A stretch of 64,000 bases of DNA from the human T2T-CHM13v2.0 reference genome, Homo sapiens, in NCBI RefSeq assembly GCF_009914755.1, contig NC_060935.1, one strand, 5' to 3'. Position 1 is the stretch's first letter; each line of letters begins with the position of its first letter. The position numbers were made by a program, and so were the translations under genes. Below, piece by piece: positions 48,345-63,427 of the stretch. The notes beneath the pieces were generated by a model. It was not told the origin of the DNA. It saw only the letters and a list, made by a program, of their open reading frames with translations, and made no database searches.

Positions 48345-50505
48345 GTGAGTTGATTTAGTTTTTTTAAAATTTTATTTCAGAAGGAAAATACTGAGTTCCG
48401 GTAATCTTAGTACCAGACAAACACACGTGTAGGTTGAAGTGCCCTCAAATCCACTTAGTTCATTCAACAAGCAGAGGACCTATGTTGTTATATCCCGATT
48501 CCTTCTCCCTTTCAAATGATATCAATTCTGATTTTCTCATTCGGCTCCCACCATGTACTCAGCAATGAAATCAATACTTTGGCAGATAAAGAAGAATAAA
48601 GCAAAATTGGCCTTATCTTTAAACTTTCTATACTTTCTGAGGAGATAAGCGAGACTAATAACCAAATCTGTAAATGATAGGATATGGTTTATGGTAACTG
48701 TGAGTTATAAGCACTAATGTTTGCAATATATACAGAGGAGAAGAAACAATGAGTAATCTTTACAAGAGTAGATGGTAAAATAAAGCATTATAAAAGTGAG
48801 AATAGATAGAAAGCAAACTTTATGTAAATGAGCATGTGCTTTATAATAACTTGATACATCTACCATGACTTTGAGAAAAATGTGTTAGTGGTAATGAGAT
48901 TGAGTATCTAGATCTAAGCAGTTTGGGAAAATCCAGTCTGCACAATGCAGTTTTCATGCATTCATCAATAAAAAACATTTGGAATTGTTAAAGTCATTGG
49001 CTCTCAGGTTAAAGTGATTACAGAAAATTATTCTTGCGATGTTGCAAAGGACATTTCAAATTGAGGAGAGTGACTGGGAAATACAGTCATAATCTAGTTT
49101 TATAGTGTTAAGATTTTTATAAATAATTGTTTCAGGGAAATTGCTGAGTAATTGGTCCTTTTGGAAGATATCTTTCCTACAGGCACAAGCTTGTGGGAAC
49201 TAGAGAAAGCTATTGTGTAATGGAAAAACATAAAGGAGAATGGGGAAAATATAGTTATGACTTAGACTAAAGCCACAAATAAAATTCTACAGTACTTCCA
49301 TTTTGTGGGTTCAGGAAACTGATTCTCTGCATTGTATTCACAAATGTGTCCACATGTTGATAGCTGTCCCATATAGGCCTCATTTCAATAACTACTTAAG
49401 GTTTCTGAAACCACACTAATTAGCTATAATTCTAATAAATATAAAAGTGAATATCTAATATGCTTTATACTGTGTTTTATAACCACTACATTCATTAGCA
49501 ATCTTTCTGCTTCCATTCTACTGATTTAAATTTTATATCATGAATATATTATCACATTTTACCATTGAGGAAATGCCTTGTGGCATCAAGGCATATTGAA
49601 AGAATACTATGGTGTCCTGTTTGAGATGGGTCTTCCTGACACTTATTCTTGGCAAAGCTTTAAACTTAAATCAAAAGGACAGAATGCAATTTTCCTAAAA
49701 ACTAATATTTATTTGCAGTACTCAGTACTTTCATGTTTATTATTGTTTGTCACCTACCTGTCTTCTGAGATTTGCCACATCAGAAAATGAAAAACTTTTC
49801 ATTTAAAATTACTTCAACTATTTTATCACTACAGAAACATACATCACATATTTTGTTGCAATAATCTTCTCATAAGTGATATAATACATCATTAAAAATA
49901 ACATGAAAATTTTTTCAAGTTGAGTTCAACATGCATGAGAAAGATTAGCATATTAGTGTAACACAGCTCCAGAATGTGTTGAAAGTATTGGATTATAAGG
50001 AATGAGAAAGGTGTTAAAAATAAAACCACCAATAAACTGTTAAATTTACCATTTTACAGGAATGTTAACATTTTACAATTTGTTAAGAGTTGTAAGTTAA
50101 CTGTCTCAAAGCTTTAGAGGTACAGCAGGAATGAAACTGTAGAAAAGTATATATTTCCTCCAACAGAAATATTTGCACTTATCTCAGATTCATGCAAACT
50201 TAGAGTGGCTCTTCTCATGAAGCCTGCTGTCTTATTATCTGAAATATAGGAAGGTATACCCTGTTTTGTTTTTCCTGTCTTAATTTTGTTTTTTATTATT
50301 CCATTCACAAAATAATCCTATTCACCTTGTAATTTTTATATAAGTACTCTACCTTTTGAAATAATTTGACAGTGGAAACCTAGAATTTTCAGCAACACTC
50401 TTAATAAAGACCCACTAAGTCTCTCAATATTTCTTCCTTTCTGTTTCTTATTGCACATATTGGCTTCTACTTCTCTGGATCAACTTTCTTATTTTTTTCT
50501 CACAG

Positions 50506-51448
50506 GATTCAAAAAAATCAGACTGCTGGAGTCACCTTCATCCTCTTGGGCTTCTCAGAATTTCCAGACCTTCAGATACCCCTGTTCCTGGTCTTCCTGA
50601 CCATCTACACAATCACTGTGATGGGGAATCTGGGCATGATCATGGTCATCAGGATCAACCCCAAACTCCACACCCCTATGTACTTTTTCCTCAGCCACTT
50701 GTCCTTTGTTGATTTCTGTTATTCCACCACAATTACACCAAAACTGCTGGAGAACTTGGTTGTGGAAGACAGAATCATCTCCTTCACAGGATGCATCATG
50801 CAATTCTTCTTTGCCTGTATATTTGTGGTGACAGAAACATTCATGCTGGCAGCGATGGCTTATGACAGATTTGTGGCAGTGTGTAACCCTCTGCTTTACA
50901 CAGTTGCAATGTCCCAGAGGCTTTGCTCCTTGTTAGTGGCTGCATCATACTCTTGGAGTTTAGTTTGTTCCTTAACATACACATATTTTCTGTTGACTTT
51001 ATCTTTTTGTAGGACTAACTTCATTAATAACTTTGTCTGTGAGCACGCTGCCATTGTTGCTGTGTCCTGCTCTGACCCCTACATGAGCCAGAAGGTCATT
51101 TTAGTTTCTGCAACATTCAATGAAATAAGCAGCCTGGTGATCATTCTCACTTCCTATGCTTTCATTTTTATCACTGTCATGAAGATGCCTTCCACTGGGG
51201 GGCGCAAGAAAGCGTTCTCCACGTGTGCCTCCCACCTGACCGCCATTACCATTTTCCATGGGACTATCCTTTTTCTCTACTGTGTTCCTAACTCCAAAAG
51301 TTCATGGCTCATGGTCAAGGTGGCCTCTGTCTTTTACACAGTGGTCATTCCCATGCTGAACCCCTTGATCTATAGCCTCAGGAACAAAGATGTAAAAGAG
51401 ACAGTCAGGAAGTTAGTCATTACCAAATTATTATGTCATAAAATGTAA
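50506..51448 (+). CDS. OR5D3P: Olfactory receptor family 5D, intact 7TM main exon (323 aa when spliced to 48316-48344)
   Basis: Acceptor TTTCTTATTTTTTTCTCACAG|G. Open frame [16 protein letters not shown]...[54 protein letters not shown], ending TAA 51446-48. No in-frame ATG between the upstream TAA (50405) and TM1. Symbol from recalled gene order. Confidence 0.88.
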
Positions 51449-54423
51449 TGCTAGAAATATTAATTATTTATCCTTGAGAGCAGCACTGCAGTTGTTCAAT
51501 AACTAGTCATTGCATGAAATTATGATAACCCTCCAACTGACAGTACAATATCTATTCACACTGATGTTTAGTAAAATAACTTTAAAGTTATAAATACTGT
51601 AAGTATGGAATCTCAGACCATTTAAACTAAATTTTTGATCGAGAATATTGTAATACAAAAGTTTTTGTGTTAGTATACGTTTATTGTGATTGTCCAGGTC
51701 AAATTTCAGTTCAATTTAAATCTTGCAAAATGTAAAAATTTTTGAGATGATCTGAAGAATAGTAGTTTATAATGAGGAAGTTTACCTGATAACATAAAAT
51801 TACTATGATAAGAGCTGTTCAGTATAAAACACTATCTATAAAATAATTACAATTAATTCTGTATGGGCAACTTTGGCATTAGAAGATTTACAGACAAACA
51901 AAAATAAATAAGAAAATTATCTTCCTTACGAAGTCCAGAATCTGGTAAAGTTAAGTTATACTTGGTATTATAAATTATATTTTTCTTTATGCATGATAAT
52001 AAGAAGATGGTAAATATTTTTGCAAATAAATGCCCATCACCCTAGTTCTGCCACTGATGCCAATATGATTGTGCATGTTATTTATTTATTAAAAATTTTA
52101 TTGAGATAATTTTCTATTCATTTTCCTTTGTAAGAAATAATATAGAGGAATTCCAATTATCTTTTAACCAGTTTCCCCCTAAGATAGTACAATATAACAA
52201 CCAGGATAATGATATTGAGATAATACACATACATTATTCAAGCATTAGTTATGTATTGATAAAAGAAATATTCATAAACTCAGTGATATCTAACAGTAAG
52301 CAATCCTTTCAAATAAGTGACTTGACTGGGGTAGCTCTGTTGATATCAGTTCGACCATTTGGGTGTCAAGAATGGGGTAACTAGATCAGCTACCTTTGGA
52401 ACTAGAGACCTGTATGTATGTCATCTTCTTTGGACTCTTTGGCTGATAGTCTTTGTTGAAAGCAGAGCCACAATAGAGTATTCCAAAAATAAAAGCATAC
52501 TTAACGTTCCTGTTTGGGTCTCACCTGTTAACATTTTATGAGTCAGAGAAAATCACGTCCAAGCCCCAAAGCAAGAGTTGAGAAAGTTATCTATTTCTTG
52601 TAGAACTGCAAGATTACAAGTCAAGAGTGATGGGTACAGGGAGAAATGAAAAACTGGGTTCAAAATTGATTGAAACATTTACATCTTTAAACACATTCTT
52701 CCTTGATAATGCCAGATAACTTTACTGCAGAAAACAGATAACCCATGGCTCTAATTGGTTTTAGAGAAGTTTTCAAATAATTGAAATAATTTGATTGCCT
52801 TAACCAAATGGCTGGTTGAGATTAAGTATAAGAACTTACATTTTCTCCTTGTGTCTTGCCAGTCATGATTAAGGCTTACAAGCACAGAATATGAAGTCAA
52901 CCATGTGTTGAAGGTCCAATCCAAGCTGTTAAGTGATACTTGTTTCCCCTCAAGGTTTATCTTTATTTCCAAATAAAAATTCAATAACTTTTTACCTTAA
53001 TGCTTTACACCAACTTACATGTCTATGCAACTTACTGTTTAGGAATATACAACAAAATTCTCAACACTTACAGAATACAGCAAAAGTAACAGAGGATTTA
53101 CTTTAATTTTTAACTGTAGATAATGAGTCATAATTAAATGCTCTAGTCGAGTATTTTTAAAGCTGTGTGTATGTGTGTGCATATGTGTATAGTTTAATAA
53201 AGATGTTAAGGAGCACAAAAAAGGATTTAGAAAGTTTGAGTATGCATCGCAGAATATTTAGTATATTCAATAAGGTTTCCAGGATAAAGTTAGAATATAC
53301 TATTTTTAAATATTGTTTTGGAAGATGTAAGCTGTAATTTGGTAGGTTTCTTTTAGTACAAAATAAAAATCAAAGAAAAAAAGAATAGTTGCTAATCCCT
53401 TTAATACAAGATTTTTTTATTTTGGTAAATGTTCATAAATGGGCAGTTTACACAAATATAATGCAATTTCCCCCCCAAATTCTCAAATTATACTTTCAGT
53501 GTGAAAGCAAACATGTTAACTGTGAAGATAAATACATTTTAGATAATGTAAGTGAGTTTGCTAATGGTCATATTAAGTGATAGCTATGGGCTATTTTTTT
53601 TCTACAAATACATTTGTATGCTGCTCTTCTTTTAAACTTTTGGATACAGTAGGTATAAATGTGACTTTTTTCCCATGGAGGGCTGTGGCAGGACATTTGC
53701 TATCATATGCACAATACTAAAGCAAGTTATATAGTTTAATGCTCACTTCTTAGTGGATTAACAACTATAAAAATTATATCTGGACCATTTTATGTAAATG
53801 TCAACTTTCATATTATGTTGACTAAACAAAGACGGCATCAAAGATTGTATTAGTGTTGGACAAATATATCATTACGTGATTATATTACATAACACTTTGC
53901 TTACGTGAGTGGTTTTTACTGCTATCAAACATAATAGGAAAACAGAGTCCCTATAAAGAAAATGGAAACATATATGATTGATTAAGAAAAGGATAAATAT
54001 TTGATTCAATAGTCAGTATTTCCTGCTTATGGCATTCTCGATACATAGAATATTTAAGCTCAAGGATACCTTGTTGGTAAAAGTTTTCCCCTGAAACTTG
54101 TTGTCATGCAGTTTAAGCACCAGGAAAAAATCCTAAGGAGAGTAAATAACAACAAGCCTGAACCTGTGGATCTGAGAGAACCAAAATTCAGGAAGAATTT
54201 CTGGAGGTAATTCTTGGCTATTTTAGATAACAACTTATAAACAGAATATAGAATACAGCAATACTAATAACAAAGTTTTCACATAAATTTCAACAATATA
54301 TGAAACAAGTTGTATATTATTCTAGGAATTTAAAGTGGATATATCATTTAAATCTCATCAATGAATTTACCATATTAGCAAAATAAGGGAGAAAAGCATA
54401 TGTTTATTTCAATTTATAAAGAT

Positions 54424-55012
54424 ATTTATTCAAATTTATATCTTGTATTAGTCAAAATTCTCCAGAGAAATAGAACCAAGGGGATGGATATCTGCTTAGC
54501 TATATCTATATCTGTCCATAGAGAGGTATTTATTTATTTTAAAGAATTAGCTCATGCGATTATAAAGGCTGACAAATGCTGAGAACTTCAGGGTAAATTA
54601 GCAAGCTGGATCCCAGGGGAGCCAATGATGAAATTCTAGTCTAATTTGGAAGGCCCAAGAACTAGAGAGCCAGGGGTGTATTTCCAGTCAGAAGGTCAAC
54701 AGTTTTGAGACCCATGAAGAGCTGATGTTCCAGTTTCAGTCTATAGGCAAACACCTAATGTCTCAGTTCAAAGGCAGAAAGAGGAAAGAATTTTCCTTTG
54801 CTTGGGAGAGAAGTAGCCTTTTGTTAGACTCAGGCATTTACTGATGGACGCGTCCCATCCCCATTAGCAAAGGCAATCTACTTTACTTAGGCTACTGATT
54901 GATTTAGTTGTTAATCTCATCCAAAAACACCCTTATAAAAACATCCATAATAATGTTTGACTGAATATCTGGGCACCCTGTGGCCCAGTTAATTGATGCA
55001 TACAATTAACTT
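54424..55012 (-). mobile_element. ERVL LTR (MLT2-like)
   Basis: TGTATTAGTCAAAATTCTCCAGAGAAATAGAACCA...ATATCTGGGCACCCTGTGGCCCAG. Confidence 0.8.
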
Positions 55013-55141
55013 TTATGCACTTGTTCATAATAAAACAAAACAGAAGAAAACAAAAGCTCCCAGAAAAATAGAAATAGAAATGTCTTAATCTTTTACCTAC
55101 CAAATCTGTAGGTAAATATCACAATTAAGGTTAAAATAATC

Positions 55142-55468
55142 GGCTAGGTGCAGTGGCTCCTGCCTGTAATCCCAGCAATTTGGGAGGCCGAGGTGGGCGG
55201 ATCACAAAGTCGGGAGATTGAGACCATCCTGGCCAACATGGCAAAACTCCGTCTCTACTAAAAATACAAAAATTAGCTGGGCGTGGTGGTGTGTGCTTGT
55301 GATACCAGCTGCTCAGGAGGCTGAAGCAGGAGAATGGCTTGAACCAGGGAGTTGGAGGTTTCAGTGAGCCGAGATCGCACCACTGCACTCCAGCCTGGAG
55401 ACAGAGTGAGACTCTGTCTCAAAAAAAAGCAAAACAAAATGAAAAAACAACAAAAAAGAGAAAAGAAA
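55142..55468 (+). mobile_element. AluSc-like
   Basis: Full dimer with A-rich tail; AAATAAT on both flanks. Confidence 0.9.
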
Positions 55469-57197
55469 TAATAGAAGCTTTGTTTTAAATTTCAACTCAA
55501 GAGAAGAATGTTCATTATTTCCACTTCTGTGGAAAGGTTGTTCTAGACAATTGAGTAAGACAGGAAAAAAAGAACATTAGTGAAGACAGAATAACACTTT
55601 CATGTTTTAAGATAATATAATTGTATGAACATCCAAATCCAAAAAGATCTATCAAAACCAATTAGAGTTAGTAAGGGAATGTAAAAGATCTCTCAATGTA
55701 AGATAATTAACATTTTTTTTCCTAGATCTGTGATATCTGTCTACATCCTTCCACATTGTATTAATCCCAGCATCCCTCAGCTTTAGAGATAGTAGTTCTT
55801 TTCTGCAGTAACCACTACTGTGGTATATTAAGGTTTTGTGGGGTTTTTGCCTTTTCATCAATTGTTTAACAATTGTAAAAATAATTTTTCTGTACTAAAT
55901 GTTATGTTTTGAAATCCCTAGAAAAGATTGTGTTTTTCTCGAATAGACTCAGACTCTTGGTAATAATGTTCTCTGAACTAGACCTTCAAATATGGGTATT
56001 TAATCATACACTTGGCCGTGAAGACAGGGCTAAGCATCTTTAAAATAGAAATTGTATTCAGTAATCCATGGTGTATAGTAACGTGGCTAACTAAATAATC
56101 CTTTGTGCATGATTATAATGAAGTGCTCACTGAATCAAATGCCTGGAGGACTGAGGTGGGGGTTTCACAAAACTGTCATGGAAGTGGTGGTGATTACAAG
56201 AACTGGGATCTTCTGAATGCCTGGGAGAGCTTGCAAAAAGATAATAAAAATTCAGGGCATCCAAATGTTGGCATAATTTACTGTCAGAGAACTAGAGATA
56301 TTTAAGACACTGGGCAAGTGTCCTCAATTTCTTAGTGAGAAACTGATGTGTCAGAGATGATGTCTTAAATAAATCCTATAAAAATACAAGTATTCTTAAC
56401 ATCAGAAAAGAATTCTTTTGATCTTGTGTTCTGCAGAATGTTGAGATATCCTCTCCAAAGCAAATGACAACTTAGGGCAATTTGTACTGCAATTAAGTGA
56501 TTTAAAATGTACTGCGTCTTTCAGTTATGGAGGCAACACATATCACACTTGAGTAAGCTGTCGCAAACCATTCAAAAAGTAACCTTCAGCTTGCCTCTCT
56601 TGCATAATTCCTTACCAGACACTCTTATTGTCCCACCTCTATCTTTTGAATTTTACTCCCAGTGATTGTGGTAGTCAGCCATACATGGAACCCCCAATGA
56701 TCCCATTCTCTGGTATTCACATCATTGTGGAGTCTCCTCCCATACTTTACCTGGCTTGGTCTGTGTGATGAATAGCATGTGGTAGGAATGAGAATACATA
56801 ATACTTGAGGTTCAGTCTTAACAGTCTGGATTCTCTCTCTCTGTCTTTTTCCACCTACATTAGGTCTCTCATTCGGGAGGAAGTGGCCATATTTGAATAA
56901 CCCTGTGAAGGGACCTTTGGGATGAGGAACCTAAGCTTCTGGCCAACAGCCTTCAAGGAACAAGAGGTGCCAGCAACCTTGTGAGTGAGCTTGGATGCAG
57001 AAGTTTGACATTGTTTAAGCCTTGAGATTACTGTAGCTCTGGAAGGCTGGTTGCAACCTCATGGGAGACTCTAAACTTGGAGCTAAGCTGCTCCTGGATT
57101 TCTGATGCATAGAAACCATGAGGTAATCAGTGTTTATTGTTTCAAACTGCGAAGTTTTGGGGATACTTTTTAGCTGTCAATTAATAATTAATGCAAC

Positions 57198-57571
57198 TGT
57201 ATTAGTCAGTTCTCACACTTCTATCAAGAACTACCTTGAGACTTGGTGATTTATGAAGAAAAGAGGTTTAATTGACATACAGTTCACAGGGTGTACAGGA
57301 GGCAGGTCTAAGGAGGCCTCAGGAAACTTTCAATCATGGCAGAAAGGTGAAGAGGAAGCAGGAATGTCTTCTCATGGCTGGCAGGAGAGACAGAGTAAAA
57401 GGGGAAGTGTACACACTTTAAACCACCAGATTTTCTGAGAACTCATTTACCATCAGGAGAACAGCAAGGGGGAAGTCCGCCTCTGTGAATCACCTACCAG
57501 GTCCCTCCTGCAACACTGAGGATCACAATCGACATGAGAGTTGGGTGGGGACGCAGAGTCAAACTATATCA
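57198..57571 (-). mobile_element. MaLR LTR (MSTA-like)
   Basis: TGTATTAGTCAGTTCTCACAC...GGGACGCAGAGTCAAACTATATCA. Confidence 0.85.
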
Positions 57572-58401
57572 GTGGATTTTTGGTGCCTGGGAATATATTG
57601 TTGCCAAATAAAAACCCAAGATGTTAAGGTGGCTTTGGAAATGAGCAGTCAGTTTTGAACAAAATATCATTGAAATCTTAATATGTTTTGGAGGTCTTTG
57701 ATAAGATTACAGTTTAGAGATTCCAGGTGAGTGAGAAAAATATTATTGGAAGTTGTAGAAAGGAATATTCTTGTTATGTAGGGCAGATGTTTAGTAATGC
57801 TATTGCCTATAGTAATTTGAAAAGTACAAAATGTGCCTAATATTCTGGGTTATCTAACAACAGATATTTTCTAAGTGAAATGTTTAAAGTTCTACCTGGT
57901 TTCTCCTTGAAGATTAGAGTAAGGCATTAGAGGCAAGAAACAAACTAAATTATTAATGTTGAAAGATCCAGGATTTGATGGCTATGAAATCTCTTAGCCT
58001 CCCATAATGGGAAAAGTTGGCAAAATTAAGAAATGGTTTCCAAGGATGATCAAATCCATGGCATTGCTGTGAAAACATGATTTAAAGATGAAGTCTAGGA
58101 TTTGACTATAAAATCTTAAAAAAAAATAGAAAAACCTCAGAAAGATCTAAAGTGGTATCTCAGAGTATATTCACACAAAAGACTCTCAAAAGAGATTAAA
58201 AGTGCTCCACCTCCTCTATCAACAACAAGGCTTTTAGGAACCTTAAGTGTGCCATCTCTGAGCCATCTCATAGAAGCCCAAGGTAGGGAAAGACTTATAT
58301 CTAAAAGACTTAAGGATGTGTTTTTATCTCTAATATAGTGGAATTCAATAAGATTCATAGAAGATCCACAAAGTTCATTTATGTATATATGTGTACATGT
58401 A

Positions 58402-58454
58402 TACACACACACACACATATATACACAAACACACACAGAGAGAGAGAGAGAGAG
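58402..58454. repeat. Compound (CA)n(GA)n microsatellite
   Basis: Direct reading. Confidence 0.85.
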
Positions 58455-59109
58455 ATCACTACCTTAAATTGAAAGACACAGTGACTGAAAAAAATTGAAA
58501 GGGGCCTATGAGTTATCAAAATTCTATTAGAAGAAAACAAGCTAAGAAACCTGCTAAGTTGCAAATATGTCCCACATTTCATGAGAAGAAAGGATGATTC
58601 AGACCGTGGCACCAAAAGTCCAGAGGTGAGAGCTAAGGAACCGAGACTAATTAGGCTAATTATTCCCAGATTTTGCAATTTAACCAAAGAAATTTCTAAA
58701 TTTCCCTGGCTGGACTTCAGAATTCCAATGGATGAGTAATTCCTTTGCATATGTTGAACCAGAATGTTTATAGCAATATCTCTTACCAGTACCAACATTG
58801 TATGCTAGGTTTATAGAGTAACCGTTACTTGTCTCCTTAGTTTCATAGGTTGAGAGAAACTGGACTTGAGAACCTCTAATTAAGACAATACATCCATGGA
58901 GCTTCCTTTATATTTGGTCCTGATGGTGATTACATATTGTCAACTTTAACAAAATGCTGTGGTGGAATAAGGCATTTGGGCCCTTGGGAAGATTTGAGTG
59001 TTTTTTTTATGTGGCGAAGGGACAAGAGTCATTGTAGATCAGAAGGCATCATGTAGCATCCCCAAAATGGCACCCAATAATTTCTACTTTCTTGTAATGA
59101 TCCATTTGT

Positions 59110-59936
<827 letters not shown>

Positions 59937-60489
59937 CCTTGTGTAGTCCCCTCCTAGATTGGGTAACCAATAGCATACTGCAAAAGTGCCAGTGTGTCAA
60001 TGGGAGATTGGCTCACAAAGGTCTCCAGCTTGTGTGTTCTCTTGAATCCCTCATCTGGAATAAGCAAATAGCCATGCTTTGATCTGCCCTTTTGAGAAGC
60101 ATGGGAAGGAACCGAAGCTTCTGGTGAATAGCCAGTGAGGAACTGCCAATAATCATGGAAGTGAGTATAAAGGTGGAATCTCCAACCTTATTGAGCCATA
60201 AGTTTACCACAGTTCTGAAGAGACTTTCAGCCAGAACCACCCACCTCACCTGCTTCTGAATTCCTGATCTTCATAAATTATGGAAGAAAATAAATATTAG
60301 TTAAATAACTAAAATACTGTCCAATCTCTTACTGTCCAAATCATCATTGTTTTGCCTAAGGAATTTTTCTGAAGCTCAGTAGTTAGATCATCGCAAAGGT
60401 GAGGCAAGTGAGATGTTTGAGGCAATGAATCCAAACAAACAGATCTCATTCAATGAGTGATAAAAGTTGATGTAAAAGATGCCAGTGAG

Positions 60490-60802
<313 letters not shown>

Positions 60803-63427
60803 CCAGTGTGATCTATTCTTGATGAGTGATTATTAGCTATATTCTGTACTATTTTCCAGACTATTCTCATGAGACTAAGCTTCATTGTCCTGTAGTTGTA
60901 GCTGACTTGTCAGTGCATCTTATTTGGTTGTCTTTTCTTTCCTGTTTCACTTACACATCTACTATTAATTAGTTTTACTTATTAAATAAATTACCATATT
61001 AAATAAATTACTTATTAAATAAATTATCTGAGCATGACTGCTTGTATCTAATCTGCTTTGGGGAAAATAAAAAAAAAAAACACACACACACACAATTTTA
61101 GTTCAAAAGAAATCTTTAGCTTTGGCCCGGGCTACCTGAAATGTTTCTCTGATTTGGGTATTTTAAGTCAGCAGATTGGATGATACTCACAGTGTTAGAT
61201 TCCACAAATGGAGGACACTACAGTGAGATTGGTAAACTAAAGCAGAGTAAAGCTCTTCCTCATTGTGTGTGTCTGTGTTCTTGTTCCTGTAAGCATATGA
61301 TATTTTTCTCTATAGCAAAACCTGGTTCAAACTTCAACATTGTTAATCCCCTCAATTCAGCATATGGCTGTACTTCCTTTAATTTAATCATATGGCTGTA
61401 CTTCCTTTAATTTGACTGTATATAATAATGTTGGATGGATGTAAAACAATCCAGATTAGATTATTATTGAGAATATTTTCTTTCTCTCTCTCTGACTATT
61501 CCATTGGAGAAATAAATTTCTCATTTCAACTGGGATTGCTATTATACCTTATATTAGTAATACCTACAATATTCATGTGTCTTTTTGTGTTCCCTCTTGT
61601 GTTTATACCATAACTGTAAGAAGACCATGCCCAGGTAGCCTGCTAGTCTCAGAAGAAAGAGAAACATGAGGATCAGGACTACCCTCAGTAACTCCTCAGC
61701 TGCAGTGTGTAACAAAGCCACATCAGCTGATCCACTGTTGTGTGAGCAAGAAATGTATGCTCAATGCTTTATTGTGCTGGGGTATTATAATTTGCATATG
61801 TAGCAATAACTTGATGATACAGAACTTGGAATTTTGAAGTGAGATACTCACCTTTGTGTGTGTCACACAAACACACACACACACACACATGCACACACAA
61901 CTCTGAGATAGGTAGGCTTTGTTCTAGGCCAATTGGTGAATGGCGAGTGATTGGAAGTAAAGGGGGCTATTCAACATAAACCAATGTTTTATATCTTTTT
62001 ATAATTAAAAGTTCTTTAAGGAAGTCAATGGATTGATTTTATATGTGGTTAAAATTGTGTGTGTGTTCACTTTTGTGATGTTGGTAATTCAGATGCTATC
62101 TGTTTTGCTATATCGTGTGATATGGATATGCAGTTATTTTACCTCCATACATCCAGAGGCATGTTCTTTCTCCATGTATCTGTAGTGTAATACCTGCCAT
62201 ATTGAAGTACCTCTTGATAACTTAGTCTGTTTCTGAACATTTTATTATCTTCTACTGTGTGTTCATCTGTTTCTACAATATTACCACACTGCATTAATTA
62301 CCATATAGTAAAACTAGTCTTGACATTCTGTTGAAAAAAGCCTCAGGGAATTTTTTTTTTTTTTTGCTCTAGGTACTTACTATTCTTGGCCTTTCACACT
62401 TTCAGAAAAATTTGAGGATGTTCTTGTCACTCTCCAAAGTAAATGACAATGATGATAATGATAATGAAGACGATGATGACAAAAATACCAGAGTGGTATT
62501 TTTATTGGACAGAATGAAGTTTATTTTGAGAGAATAGATATATATTTTTCCAGTCTTTGAACTTAATACAATTCTATGTAGGTTTGCATTAAATCCTCTT
62601 AATATATTTTGATACACTTATCTTTAGAGTTACTGACCTACCCCTAGGTATTGAATATTTGATGCTATCATAAGTAGTCTATTCTTAAATATTTCATTCT
62701 AGTTTGCTGCTTTTATAAAGACATACAGTTGATTTTAATATATTTGTTTTGAATTCAGAAACATTACAAAACTCTCATTCATTTTTTTTCCCTTATCCAT
62801 GTTATCTCTACATTACTATGTATTATTATCTGTGAAATGTCATCTTATGAAAATGATGACCTTTTTTGTTTTATCTGTCTATCTATTGATCTATCTGTAA
62901 TTGATCCTTGTTTATATGCATTATTACACAACTTTAGTGGTTAAAAGTTACAGTACAATGATTGACAAAATAAAGAAAGCTGTAAATATTTATGATTTCA
63001 AAAGTAATATCTTACGTTTTAATATTAAGCCTGTTTGTCCTGTAGTTATTTGAAGCTCCTTTATGAAATTAAGAAACATATAATTTTATTTGCTAAGGAA
63101 GTTTTTACATGCTTTGATATTAAATTTTAAAAGAAATAGTTCTTATGAGTGTTTATATAATCAAATGCCTTTAGTGTTTTAATATATCATTGTTTGGAGG
63201 TATTTGAAGTAACATTATATTATTACTAATTATTATTATTGTCATGGAAAATTTATCTAAAAGTTTAAGAAAAAGACATTGCTCAGACACTTCTTAGGCC
63301 TGAATTCCCCTGGATTTGTTATTCCAGTTTACTTTTATATTTTCCCTTTATTTTCTATCAGGGTCTTTTAGGATACTGTTAACTTTTATATCTTAGAAAA
63401 ATAAAATAATTTCTCCCACTTGGAAAA

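Noticed and set aside
50546-50548. TTG start for the OR5D ORF as given in the ORF track (also 39130)
   Set aside because: This is an internal Leu downstream of the NQT sequon, an artefact of alternative-start ORF calling. The splice model explains the N-terminus better.
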